From: an uncultured Armatimonadetes bacterium
GTDB lineage: Bacteria > Armatimonadota > Hebobacteria > Hebobacterales > Hebobacteraceae
Length of the DNA: 64,000 nt
Assembly (NCBI GenBank): GCA_963716175.1
Contig: OY970296.1
Location: 2,016,001 to 2,080,000 of the forward strand
Direction: 5' to 3'
Part shown: in pieces, positions 52,936 to 63,343 of the stretch
Numbering within the stretch: position 1 is the stretch's first letter
Layout: the number at the start of each line of letters is the position of its first letter
Notes under the pieces: model-generated
Database searches by the model: none
What the model was told of the DNA's origin: nothing
What the model saw: the letters and a program-made list of their open reading frames with translations, nothing else
Made by a program: the position numbers and the translations under genes

Positions 52936-53635
52936 ATGCCGGGATCGGCCCTCAATTTCGCGGTTTGGCTTGGGTCACCTTGAGACTACAGCGCGGTTTC
53001 GATTCTCACTGCCTCACCCAAACGCGCCCGTCATTGAAACCGGGCATCCGTCCACAGCCGGAGAGAGTTTCGTTCCCAGGAACGATTCCTCCACCATGCC
53101 TCTGGGTGAGGACTGTCTCTCCGCGCAATTCGCCCTCCTTGACAGCCATCGCGTTGGCACACGTTGTGGCGTCATTGGCGAGGTTCTGGCATTCGGCGGC
53201 ATCGCCAACCTGTGGACGACCCTGGCGCTTTCAGCCCCTTCTTGCGCCCCAAAACAGAACCTTCGCTCTCTCTTTCTCTGAAAACTGTGGACGGATTTCG
53301 GGCAGAGAGCGTTTTGAGAGAATGTGTCCAGCAGCACAAGGCCCTGTCGTCAAAACGGCTGGTTTCCCCAGTCTGGAAGGCTCTCTCCGGTCTGATCGTC
53401 AGCATCCCCCAGGGGTCGGTCTCCGCTCCGGTGTCCGGTCCGGCGCGGGCGGTCGCGCTTGACGGTCCGGACACCGCGGGCTAAGATTCTGTCGGCTGAC
53501 CTCGGACAAAACGATACTGCTGTAGCAGGAATACGCACCTCAGCCCATCGCGCGCCTGCTTTACGTCATCCCATCTGGGGGGTGGCGTAGGGGGGGCGCG
53601 TGTCGCGTTGTGTGCGGCACCCGAGGAGGCAGATC

Positions 53636-55477
53636 ATGAACCTCGTGACACCGAGGGCTGTGCCAACACCCATAACACCGGAGGACGTCGCCGCCGTCGC
53701 GGACCGACTGGTGCCGGTGGTGCAGCGATACCGGGAGCTGCATCCGCTGCCCGAGGCCTTCGGCGACATGCGCTATCCCGTATTCATGCCGTCCACGCTG
53801 TTCCTGAGCCAGTACGCCGACCCGCGCTCGCGGTACTACGGAGACGAAGAGCTTGTGACGCAGGCCTGGCGCGACATCGAGTGTGTGCTCGCCGAGCCCC
53901 AGCCGCAGTGGCCGCCCTACGACACCGGGTTCGAGATCCCGGACCTCTACCACTGCTACCGGGCCGCCGAGGGCGTGCTCTCCGATTCGCAGCTCGCCCA
54001 ACTGCGAGGGCTGTTCCGCCCTCTCGGCGATTGCCTGATGGAGGCCGGGCGGTGGGACTTCGCCATGGATGATCGCACCAATCCCGCCTTCGTCCGGGCC
54101 GCCGACCTGGGAGTGTGCGGCTGGATGCTGGACGACATGGCGATGCGCGAGGAGTCGCGGTCGCAGATGGCGGCGATCTTGGCCCGCGTGGATGAGAACG
54201 ATGTGCCGAGCGAGCTGTCCGTGATGTACATCGCCCAGATGCTGGCCTGGGCACTGCCGGCGTGTGAGGTGGAGCCCCGGCCCGATCTGCTGCGCCTCGT
54301 CGCAGGGATGCGCCGGGTGATCCCCCTGCTCATCTACGAGCCGACTATGGAGCTGATGGGACCGGACTGCCGAGACCAGTACAACCTGCCATGCCGGATG
54401 GGCATAGATGCGTTGGTGCTGGGTCTCCGCGGCGCGGCGGTGCTGCTGGCCGATGAAGAGAGCGAGTGGCTCTCCCGCGCGCTGTTCCACAGGTGGGTGC
54501 GAGATGCGGAGCCGGACAGTGCCGTCTATTCCCCCCGCGCCCCGCGCTACATCGGCTGCGAGCGCTACGCCACCGGCCGCGGCGCGGCCGATTCGCCTCT
54601 CTTCACAGGCGAGCAGGTCAGCATGACGGGCGCCAAGCTCTGCGCGCTCAAACGCTGGCTCGGCCCCAAGGTGGCGGCGCGCAAGCCCGAGGTGCCGGAC
54701 GAGTACCGCTCCTCTCGTCTCTACCTGCGTCGCTACCGGAACGGCGCGGACGTGGCGGCCGTCGCCAACATCATCCAGCCCCTGAGCTATATGACACCCG
54801 GCTTCGGGCTCCAGGGCATCGAACTCTGGAGCGATGATCGGTACTTCTGGTTCAACCTGGCCGGGTTCCATCCCACCGCCTTGTCTGAGGACGGCTTCAG
54901 CGTGCTCCAGGCGCCGCACCCGGCGGCGCTGCTCCGAAAGGCGGAAGGCACGCCCGCCGACCGGATCATCTACGGTGCTGCGAAATACGGCGACCATCTC
55001 CTCAGTCTCACCAAGATCGACTGCTCGCAGGAACTTGCCCCGGGCATCGTGTCCTGGGCAGGCCTGCTGCTGGCCTCGGACCGGGAGGGGGAGGTGATCT
55101 TCGGTCGCGGAGAGGAGATCGGTCGCGGCCGCGTCTGTGAAGAGCAGGCGGAGTGTGACTGGATCCTCTACCCCTGCGATGCCAGCCGCCGCTTCGGCTT
55201 CGGCATCGTCGGGCTGACAACGACGGGCCACTCGCAGCGCATGGCCAACTTCGCGGGTGACTGGTGCGTCGTGGGACTGAGTCAGAGCGCTGAGCCGATC
55301 CAGGGCCTACAGGCATTCCTGGCGCTCGTCATCGGTCCGTGGGCGGGAACTCCGGAGGAGTACGCGGCATGGTTGGGGGCGTGGCGGGCGGAGGTCTTGG
55401 CGGAAGGCTGCGCTCTCACCGCCCCAGACGGGCATAGGATAGAGGTGCCGTACCCGCTGCCAGAGGACGCGCCGTGA
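53636..55477 (+). CDS. Hypothetical protein (alpha-toroid plus beta-sandwich, heparinase/lyase-like architecture)
   Basis: GAGGAGG RBS and a long clean ORF; the fold is inference only. Confidence 0.75.
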   Translation: MNLVTPRAVPTPITPEDVAAVADRLVPVVQRYRELHPLPEAFGDMRYPVFMPSTLFLSQYADPRSRYYGDEELVTQAWRDIECVLAEPQPQWPPYDTGFEIPDLYHCYRAAEGVLSDSQLAQLRGLFRPLGDCLMEAGRWDFAMDDRTNPAFVRAADLGVCGWMLDDMAMREESRSQMAAILARVDENDVPSELSVMYIAQMLAWALPACEVEPRPDLLRLVAGMRRVIPLLIYEPTMELMGPDCRDQYNLPCRMGIDALVLGLRGAAVLLADEESEWLSRALFHRWVRDAEPDSAVYSPRAPRYIGCERYATGRGAADSPLFTGEQVSMTGAKLCALKRWLGPKVAARKPEVPDEYRSSRLYLRRYRNGADVAAVANIIQPLSYMTPGFGLQGIELWSDDRYFWFNLAGFHPTALSEDGFSVLQAPHPAALLRKAEGTPADRIIYGAAKYGDHLLSLTKIDCSQELAPGIVSWAGLLLASDREGEVIFGRGEEIGRGRVCEEQAECDWILYPCDASRRFGFGIVGLTTTGHSQRMANFAGDWCVVGLSQSAEPIQGLQAFLALVIGPWAGTPEEYAAWLGAWRAEVLAEGCALTAPDGHRIEVPYPLPEDAP

Positions 55478-56343
55478 CCAACTGGCCCCGCGCCACCACG
55501 GCACAAAGAGATGAAGTGCTGACGGAACTGGCCGCTGATCCCATCGGCTGCCGCGACCCCTACGGCAGGCTTGATCCGGACTTCGAGAAGTGGTACGCGA
55601 CTCCGGGCGAACCAGAACCGGAACTGCTGATGGTGGCGGGGTGGCCGGCGCTGGTGTGGGGCAGCCAGACGCCGACGGTGAGCTGCACTGCGTGGACCGC
55701 GCCGGCGCCGGCCGCGATCGACGCGGTGGCAGAGCTGGCCTCGAAGTCCGCCCTCTACGAACTGGTTCTGCTGGGGGACGATGCCTTCTCCGCCTTCCGA
55801 CCCTGCCTCACTGATGGCGCGTGGCGCCGGTCCGGCAACTATGGCCTGAGGCCGGAGGCCTTTCGGCCCCGCCCGTCCTCCCGCGTCCGGAGGGTGACGC
55901 CAGAGGACCGGGCGCTCCTCGTGAAGGCTCAGGAGAGCTTCGCAGCGTTCCGGAAGTTTCTGAGTGGAAGCTATCCCCAGACCTATCGGGACTTGGACTG
56001 GATGGAACGGAGCCTGCCCGTGCTCTGCTACGGCGCGTTCACCGGTGAGGACCTCGTGGGGTTCTGCTCGGCCGCGCCGAGCTGCCGCGGGGTGCAGGAG
56101 ATTATGCTCCTCGCGGTAGGGGAGGGACACCGGCGGCAGGGGCTGGCGTCGGGGCTGCTCACCGTGCAGATTCAGGAGGCCTTCGGCCTGGGGAAGCTCG
56201 TGGGCTATCACGCCGGCGACCCGTCTGACGACATCCATGGCATGTTGTTGAAGCTTGGCTTCCATCCCGTCAGGCACAGCTTTCGCTTCATCCCCTCCTA
56301 TGCGGGGGAGCAATGGCGCACACGCTGGGGGATACACGTCTGA
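55474..56343 (+). CDS. GNAT acetyltransferase
   Basis: HRRQGLASGLL and KLGF motifs. Confidence 0.85.
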   Translation: MTNWPRATTAQRDEVLTELAADPIGCRDPYGRLDPDFEKWYATPGEPEPELLMVAGWPALVWGSQTPTVSCTAWTAPAPAAIDAVAELASKSALYELVLLGDDAFSAFRPCLTDGAWRRSGNYGLRPEAFRPRPSSRVRRVTPEDRALLVKAQESFAAFRKFLSGSYPQTYRDLDWMERSLPVLCYGAFTGEDLVGFCSAAPSCRGVQEIMLLAVGEGHRRQGLASGLLTVQIQEAFGLGKLVGYHAGDPSDDIHGMLLKLGFHPVRHSFRFIPSYAGEQWRTRWGIHV

Positions 56344-56389
56344 GGAGATCCACCTCGGGGCTGGCACTGGCTGGCGCGGGGAATGAGTG

Positions 56390-57157
56390 ATGACGATAGA
56401 GCGCGACCGAGAGCGTCTGCAGAGGTGGCTGCGCTGGTGCCTGGGGCAGGAGCAGCTTCAGATAGAGAGCTACCGGAGCCTGCATGGGTATTCGGACTGT
56501 GAGCTTGTGGCCTGCGAGACTGATCAAGGCACGGTGGTTCTGAAGCGTTATGCCCCCGGCTTTGTGGATTACTCCCGCCTCGGTCCGGTCGCCACGGCAC
56601 GGAAACACCTGCTGGTGCTGCAGGAGCTGCCCGCCCTCGGCGTACCCACGCCGCGCCCCCTCGGCTTCGCCGTGAATGGAGAGGAGGCCGCGCTGGCGAT
56701 GGAGTGGAGCGACGCCGAGCCGCTGACTCCGGCCGGCCGCTTGGAGGCGGCGCGAGTGCTGGCGCGGTTACATTCCATCTCTCTCACCGACCTCAGCGGT
56801 GAACTCGCTGACTTGGCGACTCGGTCGACTCCGAATCAGAGCCGCTTGGGGGAGGTGCTGAACGAGCCTCCCCTGCGCGAGACGACGTTGCAGCATGGGG
56901 ACTACTTCTCCATCAACTTCGCGGTGACGGGGGGAGCCGTGCGCATACTCGACTGGGACTTCCTTGCCTGCGGCGATCCGATGTGGGACCTGGCGTTTCT
57001 GCTCAAGGCAGACGCGCGCAAGGAAGACCGCGAGGGGATTGGCGTCGAGGCCGTCACGCTCGCGTATCGTGACGTGCGCCCTCTCGACTCCGCCCGACTC
57101 GACTGGCACCTGGACTGTTTCCGGGCCTACTGGCGGAAGCGAGGCCAAGATGCCTGA
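56390..57157 (+). CDS. Aminoglycoside phosphotransferase/choline kinase-like protein
   Basis: VVLKR, HGDYFSIN, ILDWD and GDPMWDLA motifs. Confidence 0.9.
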   Translation: MTIERDRERLQRWLRWCLGQEQLQIESYRSLHGYSDCELVACETDQGTVVLKRYAPGFVDYSRLGPVATARKHLLVLQELPALGVPTPRPLGFAVNGEEAALAMEWSDAEPLTPAGRLEAARVLARLHSISLTDLSGELADLATRSTPNQSRLGEVLNEPPLRETTLQHGDYFSINFAVTGGAVRILDWDFLACGDPMWDLAFLLKADARKEDREGIGVEAVTLAYRDVRPLDSARLDWHLDCFRAYWRKRGQDA

Positions 57158-57185
57158 CCCAACGACGAACCGGAGGGAGGCCACA

Positions 57186-58095
57186 TGATACCTTGTGACG
57201 ATGCTCAGATCAGGCTGGACTTCTGCCACCGCGACTACCTGCCGTATCGTGAGCTGATCGGCGACCTGATGCCCCCGACGGTGCTGGATGGGGCGATGGA
57301 GCGCTACTGGGTGGACGACGGGCGGCTCGTGGACCGAGGCGAGCAGGCGCGCGAGCCAGCGATCCACGACCACTACTGTGTAGACTCGCTGGAGAGGCCC
57401 TCTCTACTTGCATGGGTCCACGGCGTCCCCCGCGAGCCAGGCTGCGGCTGGAGGGGGAGCTGCCGAGCGGGAGCGACCAAGCACTCCGGGCGTGGATTCG
57501 CGAACTCGCTCCCGTCGGCGTTGCCACCACGCACAAAACTATCAAGCGTTGCCTGTCCGAGGAGCTCGGCGTTACAGACTGGGGCGAGGCCGGTCGGTAC
57601 ACCGTCACCACAGAGGACTTCAGGCCGAGAGCAGACCATCCGGTGCGGCTCCTCTCGCCGGCCGACCGGCCGCTCTGGCGGCGTTTCGTCGAGAGGAACA
57701 TGGATGACTCGATGGTCAGCGGCCGAAACGGCTGCGGATCGGTCGTGCGGGATTTCGAGTTCATGTGCATGGGAATGCCGGTTGTCTACTACGCGGCCGA
57801 GAAGGACGGCGAGATCGCTGGGATCGTGACCATCGGCGCCAGCACTGATCGCTACGACGGCATCGGCGCGCTCTTCGCTAGCCCAGAGCATCGCCGCCAG
57901 GGATTCGGTTACAGCCTCCTCTCGGTGGCCACGCAGGACATTCTCGCGCGGGGCCGACAGCCGGACTACTTCGCGGGCGGCGATCCCGACGCCCTGCCTC
58001 CGCTGCTCACCGGCCTCGGCTACCGTCTGAACTTCACCTTCTACTGGACTGAGCGCTTTATGTGGTACGACTGGGTACTGGCGCAGGAGCCGTGA
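57186..58095 (+). pseudogene. GNAT acetyltransferase, frameshifted near 57425
   Basis: N-terminus in one frame; HRRQGFGYSLL domain in another. Confidence 0.7.
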
Positions 58096-58099
58096 TCGC

Positions 58100-58298
58100 T
58101 CGCGAGGCCCGTATCCAGGCCAGTGTATCGCAGACCTGGACTGTAGGACGCGTGGTCATCCCTGGCGGCGAAGTGCAGTCCCCAGTAGTCAACGCCGCAC
58201 CCGCATCCAATTGACAGGACATTGAGCGGCTTCGGCAGGAACCCCCGAGCCAGAATATCGCCGTAGATAAGGCGGTATTCGGCGAGGTAGGCAGGGAG
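58100..58298 (-). pseudogene. SAM-dependent methyltransferase internal scrap
   Basis: AYLAEY...VLSIGCGCGVD...YTGLD. Confidence 0.65.
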
Positions 58299-58463
58299 GT
58301 ACCCGAGCACCGGGATGCCCCCGCAATACTTGCCCTTGTGCTTGGTGGCCGCGATCTTGTCCCGAATCCGCTCGCCGATGATCTCCCGCTCGAACTGGGC
58401 GAAGGAGAGGAGTATACTCAGGACCAGCCGGCCCATCGAGGTCGTGGTGTTGAACTGCTGGGT
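58299..58463 (-). pseudogene. Serine recombinase internal scrap, paralogous to ~26718-26885
   Basis: QQFNTTTSMGRLVLSILLSFAQFEREIIGERIRDK..GKYCGG.PVLGY. Confidence 0.9.
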
Positions 58464-58487
58464 CCCCACGCGTGTGGGGGTGATCCA
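58459..58487 (+). CRISPR. Single orphan type I-E-like CRISPR repeat (no array)
   Basis: TGGGTCCCCACGCGTGTGGGGGTGATCCA matches the I-E pattern of CCCC..GGGG stem plus GTGATCC tail; no second copy is present. Confidence 0.5.
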
Positions 58488-58647
58488 CCGAGGAGAAGAG
58501 GGATGCCGTTCTCGCACGGTGAAGGACGGCAGAGATCGACACCGCGGTCGCGAATCGGAGCGCTGCCGGAGGCTGGGGAATGCGTGGGCGTGCCCGATCC
58601 CAGCCCCTACGCTGTTGAGCAGCGCTGGCGTCGAACCATGGCATGAC

Positions 58648-60300
58648 ATGGGGTGCTCCGTCTTGGCTTGGCTCTTATTCGGTATCGTCCTGGCTTGTGC
58701 TCTTGTTATGTCACCCCGTGCGGGTGCAGCCACCTACTTCATCTCGCCCGGCGGCAGGGATAGCAACATGGGCACCCAGGACTCCCCGTGGACTCTGGCA
58801 AGAGGGAATGCCGCGGCCCAGCCCGGCGACACGGTCGTTCTGCTTGACGGCATCTACAAGGGAACTCCGATCGCTCCAACTCGCTCTGGCGAGAGAGGCA
58901 GCCCCATCACCTACAGAGCGGCCACTGCCGGGAAGGCAGTCCTGACGGAGTCGCATGCCATGCCCGGTCCCTTTCCGGACGACGACTCCGGTGGACCTGC
59001 CGCGATCTTCCTCCTGGACCGATCTCACATTGTGATCGATGGGGTCGCAGTCAAGGATCCTGGCGGCCGGTTCCTCTACGCCGGCGGCGCAAGCTCTGTA
59101 GTGGTGCAGAACTGCCACTTCGAGAACACGGAGTACCCGCGCGCCTGGGAGTCCTGCCGGTTCAAGCGAGTCGGCGATCACATCACCTTCCGCGACAATG
59201 TCGTGATAAAGGGCAATGATTCCGTCGCCATCACGGGCGGCAGCTTCCATCTCATTGAGGGCAACAGGTTCGAGGGCGCAAGCCACACCTGTCTCGTCTT
59301 GATGGGGGTCCAACGGTCGGTGGTACGCGGCAATAGGTTCGAGAATCCCATCCAGAAGCTGATGGAAGTCTTCACCGCGAGGAGGAGGGATGTCGGAGAC
59401 GAGATCCGTAAGAGCGAGTACCTCATCATCGAAGACAACTTCTTCGGCCCGGCCCCACCGATTGAGATCAACGGCACGAATAGCGGCTCCGGAAGCGCAG
59501 GCATCCAGTATGCTGGCAACAACACCATTCTTCGACGGAACGTCTACTTCAAGTGTGGAATGGGCATGGACTTCAGCCGCTACAGCGCCGGGGCCCGCGA
59601 CGATCCGGAAGCCCTATACTGCAGCCATAACCGATTCTACAACAATACGGTCTACGACTGCGGGTGGCCGGCGCGCTACGGAAGCGGCCCCGGAATCTGG
59701 ATCTCAGGCGTCGAGGACGTCGTCCTGATCAACAATGTCCTCTACCGGAATCACGCTCACCCAGACTCTCACTTCCCGCCCTCCACCCCACACGATGTTC
59801 AGTTGGCGTTCGCCAGCCCGAGCAGCTTCCGCATGCTCCGGAACCTCCTCATGGGAAGGGAGAGGGGCGCGGTTACGCTATGGAACAAGGAGCAGAGGAC
59901 GGGGTTCGCGTTGGGCGCCTTCGAGGAGCAGTTCCCGCAGACCGCGCGGGCCAATCTCGAGGTGGAGCCGCGGTTCGTGGATGCTGAGAAAGGCGACTTC
60001 CATCTGCTGGCAGATAGCCCATGCATCGACGCGGGGATGCCTCTGACGACTGCACGGTCTTCCGGCGAAGGCACAGTGATCGAGGTGGAGGACGCCCTGT
60101 ATTTCACTGACGGTCACGGCATCATCGATCCCGACGTTCTGCGCGTTCGGGAACAGCGCGTGAGGGCGCTGAAGGTGAACTACGAGGCGAACTCAATCAC
60201 GATCGACCGAAGCATCTCCTGGAAGAAGGGCGACCCGGTCACTCTGGACTACGCTGGCGCGGCGCCGGACATCGGGGCCGCTGAGTCCAGGACGAGGTAG
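58648..60300 (+). CDS. Secreted right-handed beta-helix (pectate lyase-like) protein
   Basis: G.DSN.GT..SPW, PGDTV.L.DG.Y, Asn-rich turns, DFHL..DSPCIDAG and APDIGA motifs. Confidence 0.9.
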   Translation: MGCSVLAWLLFGIVLACALVMSPRAGAATYFISPGGRDSNMGTQDSPWTLARGNAAAQPGDTVVLLDGIYKGTPIAPTRSGERGSPITYRAATAGKAVLTESHAMPGPFPDDDSGGPAAIFLLDRSHIVIDGVAVKDPGGRFLYAGGASSVVVQNCHFENTEYPRAWESCRFKRVGDHITFRDNVVIKGNDSVAITGGSFHLIEGNRFEGASHTCLVLMGVQRSVVRGNRFENPIQKLMEVFTARRRDVGDEIRKSEYLIIEDNFFGPAPPIEINGTNSGSGSAGIQYAGNNTILRRNVYFKCGMGMDFSRYSAGARDDPEALYCSHNRFYNNTVYDCGWPARYGSGPGIWISGVEDVVLINNVLYRNHAHPDSHFPPSTPHDVQLAFASPSSFRMLRNLLMGRERGAVTLWNKEQRTGFALGAFEEQFPQTARANLEVEPRFVDAEKGDFHLLADSPCIDAGMPLTTARSSGEGTVIEVEDALYFTDGHGIIDPDVLRVREQRVRALKVNYEANSITIDRSISWKKGDPVTLDYAGAAPDIGAAESRTR

Positions 60301-60343
60301 AAGCTGAGCAGAGGCAGGTCTCGGTTGCCGCTACCGGCACGTC

Positions 60344-60598
60344 GCCGATGACCCGGGCACCCCCCGACTCCGGCTCCGCCTCGGCTGGGAGTCACTCTCC
60401 GGGGTTCGGTCGCATATGGGAATGGCGGTCCCGTCGCGACAGCGATCGCGGGGAGGCCTGCCCTGTCGAAGCCTCAGACGCTGCCTTGCCGCATCGTCGG
60501 GGCCCTTCCAGACGAGGGGTGCCGGCGAGCGCCCAGAATACTACGAAACGAGCGGCGCAGGGGCTCTGAGGGCCGGATGAGTTTTCCGACCCCACGGG
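60344..60598 (+). repeat. Dispersed element, full-length copy
   Basis: GACTCC...GGAGTCACTCTCCGGGGTTC...AGGGGTGCC..CAGAATAC...GGCCGGATGAGTTTTCCGAC. Confidence 0.85.
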
Positions 60599-60645
60599 AC
60601 ATGGTTCGCTGGTTGTGTGCTGCGGCGGAGATACAGGGGGACATC

Positions 60646-60834
60646 GTGCCCGGCTCCAGGAGAGTGCTGTTGTCGCCTGTGCTGGTCCTGCTGGCAGTGA
60701 AGGCCGCGTCTGCCGCGGAGCTCTTCGCGCGGTTCCGACAGGATGGCGTACTGACACTACGGTCCTCGACGAGCCATGAAGTCCTGGGCCGCATCAGCCC
60801 GGGCCTCGATGGGCCTAACTGGACCGGGTTCTGA
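60646..60834 (+). pseudogene. Signal-peptide-bearing N-terminal scrap
   Basis: VLLSPVLVLLAVKAASAA; stops at a degenerate 3' module (CAGACGGGTTCCCC, ~60835-60866). Confidence 0.4.
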
Positions 60835-60989
60835 GCGAGCCCAGCAGACGGGTTCCCCCAAGCGGGATGGCGCGGACCGCTGGCAGTACGCAGGCACATT
60901 GGTTCCTGAGGGTCAGCAGGGCGGGGTTGATTACACCCTGGGCGCCGGGCAGCAAGTTCGAGCAGATCCTACTCCTGGAGGTTGAAGGC

Positions 60990-63125
60990 ATGAAGAAGAT
61001 GGTGTGCGAGCCCACGATCAAGTCGCAGACCGACACGAGCGGTTGGTTCCCGTTCGATCTGCCACCGGATGTGCTCGCCAGAGGAGAAGGCGGATTCGAG
61101 GGAGCAGTGGACTTCTCGGGCTCAATCGAGAAGCCAGCGGGGAAGCATGGCTTCCTGAGAGTCAGCGGCGAGCACTTCGCCTTCGCGGATGGTACGCCGA
61201 TCAAGTTCTGGGGCGTGAACCTGGACAGCGGCGGAGGGTTGCCCGAAAAGGCGCACGCGCCGTTCGCCGCCAGGCGCATGGCGCAGCTTGGGATCAACGT
61301 CGCGCGCTTCGCCGTGGACCATGAGGCGCCACGGGGCATCATCGCCCCAGGCAACGACACGCAGCACATTGACGCCGAGATGCTCGACCGGCTGGACTAC
61401 TTCGTCTCCTGCCTGAAGGAGAACGGCATCTACACCCGGCTCGACCTGATGCACTACCGCATCTACAGGCCCGGTGACGGCGTGGACGCTCCTCAACGCG
61501 AGCGTGGTGAGCCGCCCTATGGCGGCGGACCAGCGATGTACTTCGACCCGAAAGCGGAGGCGCTGCACAAGCAGTTCGCCACGCAGCTCCTGCTGCACGA
61601 GAGCCCCTACACAGGGCTGCGGTATGTTGACGACCCGGCGATGGTATTCGTCGGCATCGTCAATGAGAACACGATCTTTTTCTACCCGAGGCGGATGACT
61701 GACAGCGGCCGGAAGACACTGGACGGCAGGTACGAGGAGTGGCTGAAGACGCATCCCGGCGGCGCCAAGATGCGCTTTCTCGCAGGGCTGGAGCGGGGCT
61801 ACTACGAGCGGATGCACGCGTTCCTGCGCGAGATCGGGGTGAAGACGCCAATCGCGGGCCACAACATGGTGATGAACGCCGCGGACGCCCAGCTCCTGGG
61901 GCAAGTCGGCGATCACGTGGAGTTCAACATCTACTGGGATCACCCGCACCGGGAGTATCTTTGGGTCTGGAACAAGCCCATGGTGAAAGAACCTGGCGGC
62001 ATCTTCCCCGCCTCGGCGGCAGCTTCGGTGGCGGGCAAGCCCTTCGCCATTACCGAGCTCAACTTCTGCGACAGGTCTTACAGGATGGAGGGGCCCCTGC
62101 TGACTCTTGCCTACGCCTCGCTGCAGGATTGGGACGCGGTGCTGTGGTGGGACTACAACGCAAGCTGGGAGAAAGCGGGCGGGTTCGAGGACTTCATCGG
62201 CACCACCCCCATGTTCACACTCCGGGATAATCCCATGATGCTGGCGCAGTTCGGCGTCGCCTCCTTGGCCTTCCGCAACGGATATATCTCCCCCGCGAAG
62301 ACGCGGGTCAATGTGAAGATGACGGACGCGGATGTCTTCGCAGAGCCGAACTGGATCTGGCAGGAGAGGTGGAGCGAGCTCAGGTCGGGTTCGCCGTTCG
62401 CGGCGCTGCCCTTGATGCTGCAGATCAGAAGCCAGTACGACGATAACCTGGATGGACGGAAGCCAGACGTGGTGGTGGGGGGTCCCGCTGCGGCCGGGCA
62501 GAGCAGTCGCGCTGACGGAGCCAAGGTCACCATCGAACGGCCCGCCGAGGCTTCTGAAAAGGACCCGGACATCGCGTGGCGTTCGGTTCGGCAGAAGTTG
62601 GGCGCGCTGAAGCTTGCCCAGCTCCCGGAGCCAGGCGCGACGACCTTCGACAGTGACACAGGCGAGCTTCACTGGGATACCGGAAAGGGCGTGCTGGCTA
62701 TCAGCTCGCCGAGGCTCCAAGCTGTGGTCGGCTTCGTTTCCGGCCGGCGCTTCACACTCGGCGACTTCACCATCGCCCTGGCGGAGAAGGGCGCGGCCGA
62801 GTTCGTAGCGATCAGCCTCTGCTCGCTCGACGGCCGTTCGCTCAGAGAGTCATCGCGCGTTCTCCTGACGCTGGCGGGTCGCGCCGAGGACACGGGGCAG
62901 ATCTGGCAAGAGGGTCCAGAGGGTGACCTGACGGCAGAAGCGGGAGTGCGGCCGGTGCTGGCGGAGCCGATTCGTGGGCAGTTGACTTGGGCGGGCCGGA
63001 AGCTGCAGGTGTTCGCTCTCACTGCTTCTGGAAAGAGGGCCAACGAGGTTCCGCTGGAGCAACAGGGGGCGCTGACGTTCGGCGGCGACCAGACCATGTG
63101 GTATGAGCTCGTCCCGGCCGGGTGA
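60990..63125 (+). CDS. GH5-like glycoside hydrolase
   Basis: PAGKHGF, FWGVN, IVNEN, YWDHP, ITELN and LQDWD motifs. Confidence 0.88.
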   Translation: MKKMVCEPTIKSQTDTSGWFPFDLPPDVLARGEGGFEGAVDFSGSIEKPAGKHGFLRVSGEHFAFADGTPIKFWGVNLDSGGGLPEKAHAPFAARRMAQLGINVARFAVDHEAPRGIIAPGNDTQHIDAEMLDRLDYFVSCLKENGIYTRLDLMHYRIYRPGDGVDAPQRERGEPPYGGGPAMYFDPKAEALHKQFATQLLLHESPYTGLRYVDDPAMVFVGIVNENTIFFYPRRMTDSGRKTLDGRYEEWLKTHPGGAKMRFLAGLERGYYERMHAFLREIGVKTPIAGHNMVMNAADAQLLGQVGDHVEFNIYWDHPHREYLWVWNKPMVKEPGGIFPASAAASVAGKPFAITELNFCDRSYRMEGPLLTLAYASLQDWDAVLWWDYNASWEKAGGFEDFIGTTPMFTLRDNPMMLAQFGVASLAFRNGYISPAKTRVNVKMTDADVFAEPNWIWQERWSELRSGSPFAALPLMLQIRSQYDDNLDGRKPDVVVGGPAAAGQSSRADGAKVTIERPAEASEKDPDIAWRSVRQKLGALKLAQLPEPGATTFDSDTGELHWDTGKGVLAISSPRLQAVVGFVSGRRFTLGDFTIALAEKGAAEFVAISLCSLDGRSLRESSRVLLTLAGRAEDTGQIWQEGPEGDLTAEAGVRPVLAEPIRGQLTWAGRKLQVFALTASGKRANEVPLEQQGALTFGGDQTMWYELVPAG

Positions 63126-63343
63126 CGATGATCGGTTCTGGAGACGAACTCCGCGCCCGGTGCGCGTTACGGCTGGATGCGGCCACATGCGCGTCTCGAC
63201 ATCCGGTAGGACCGGCCTGAGCGCGTTCCGGCCTTGCTCGGGCTGACTCTCTACGCCATACGTTTGCGATCGCCGGCCGGGGCCTCCGGGAGCCGTCTGA
63301 CCCCCAAGAGCCACCACGCCGGGAGACCGTCGCGAACCGCCTA

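Noticed and set aside
52940-53400. Gene or RNA in the lower-GC spacer (similar CTCTTTCTCTG tract at ~19967)
   Set aside because: No credible ORF or structure, and the similarity is too short to support a call.
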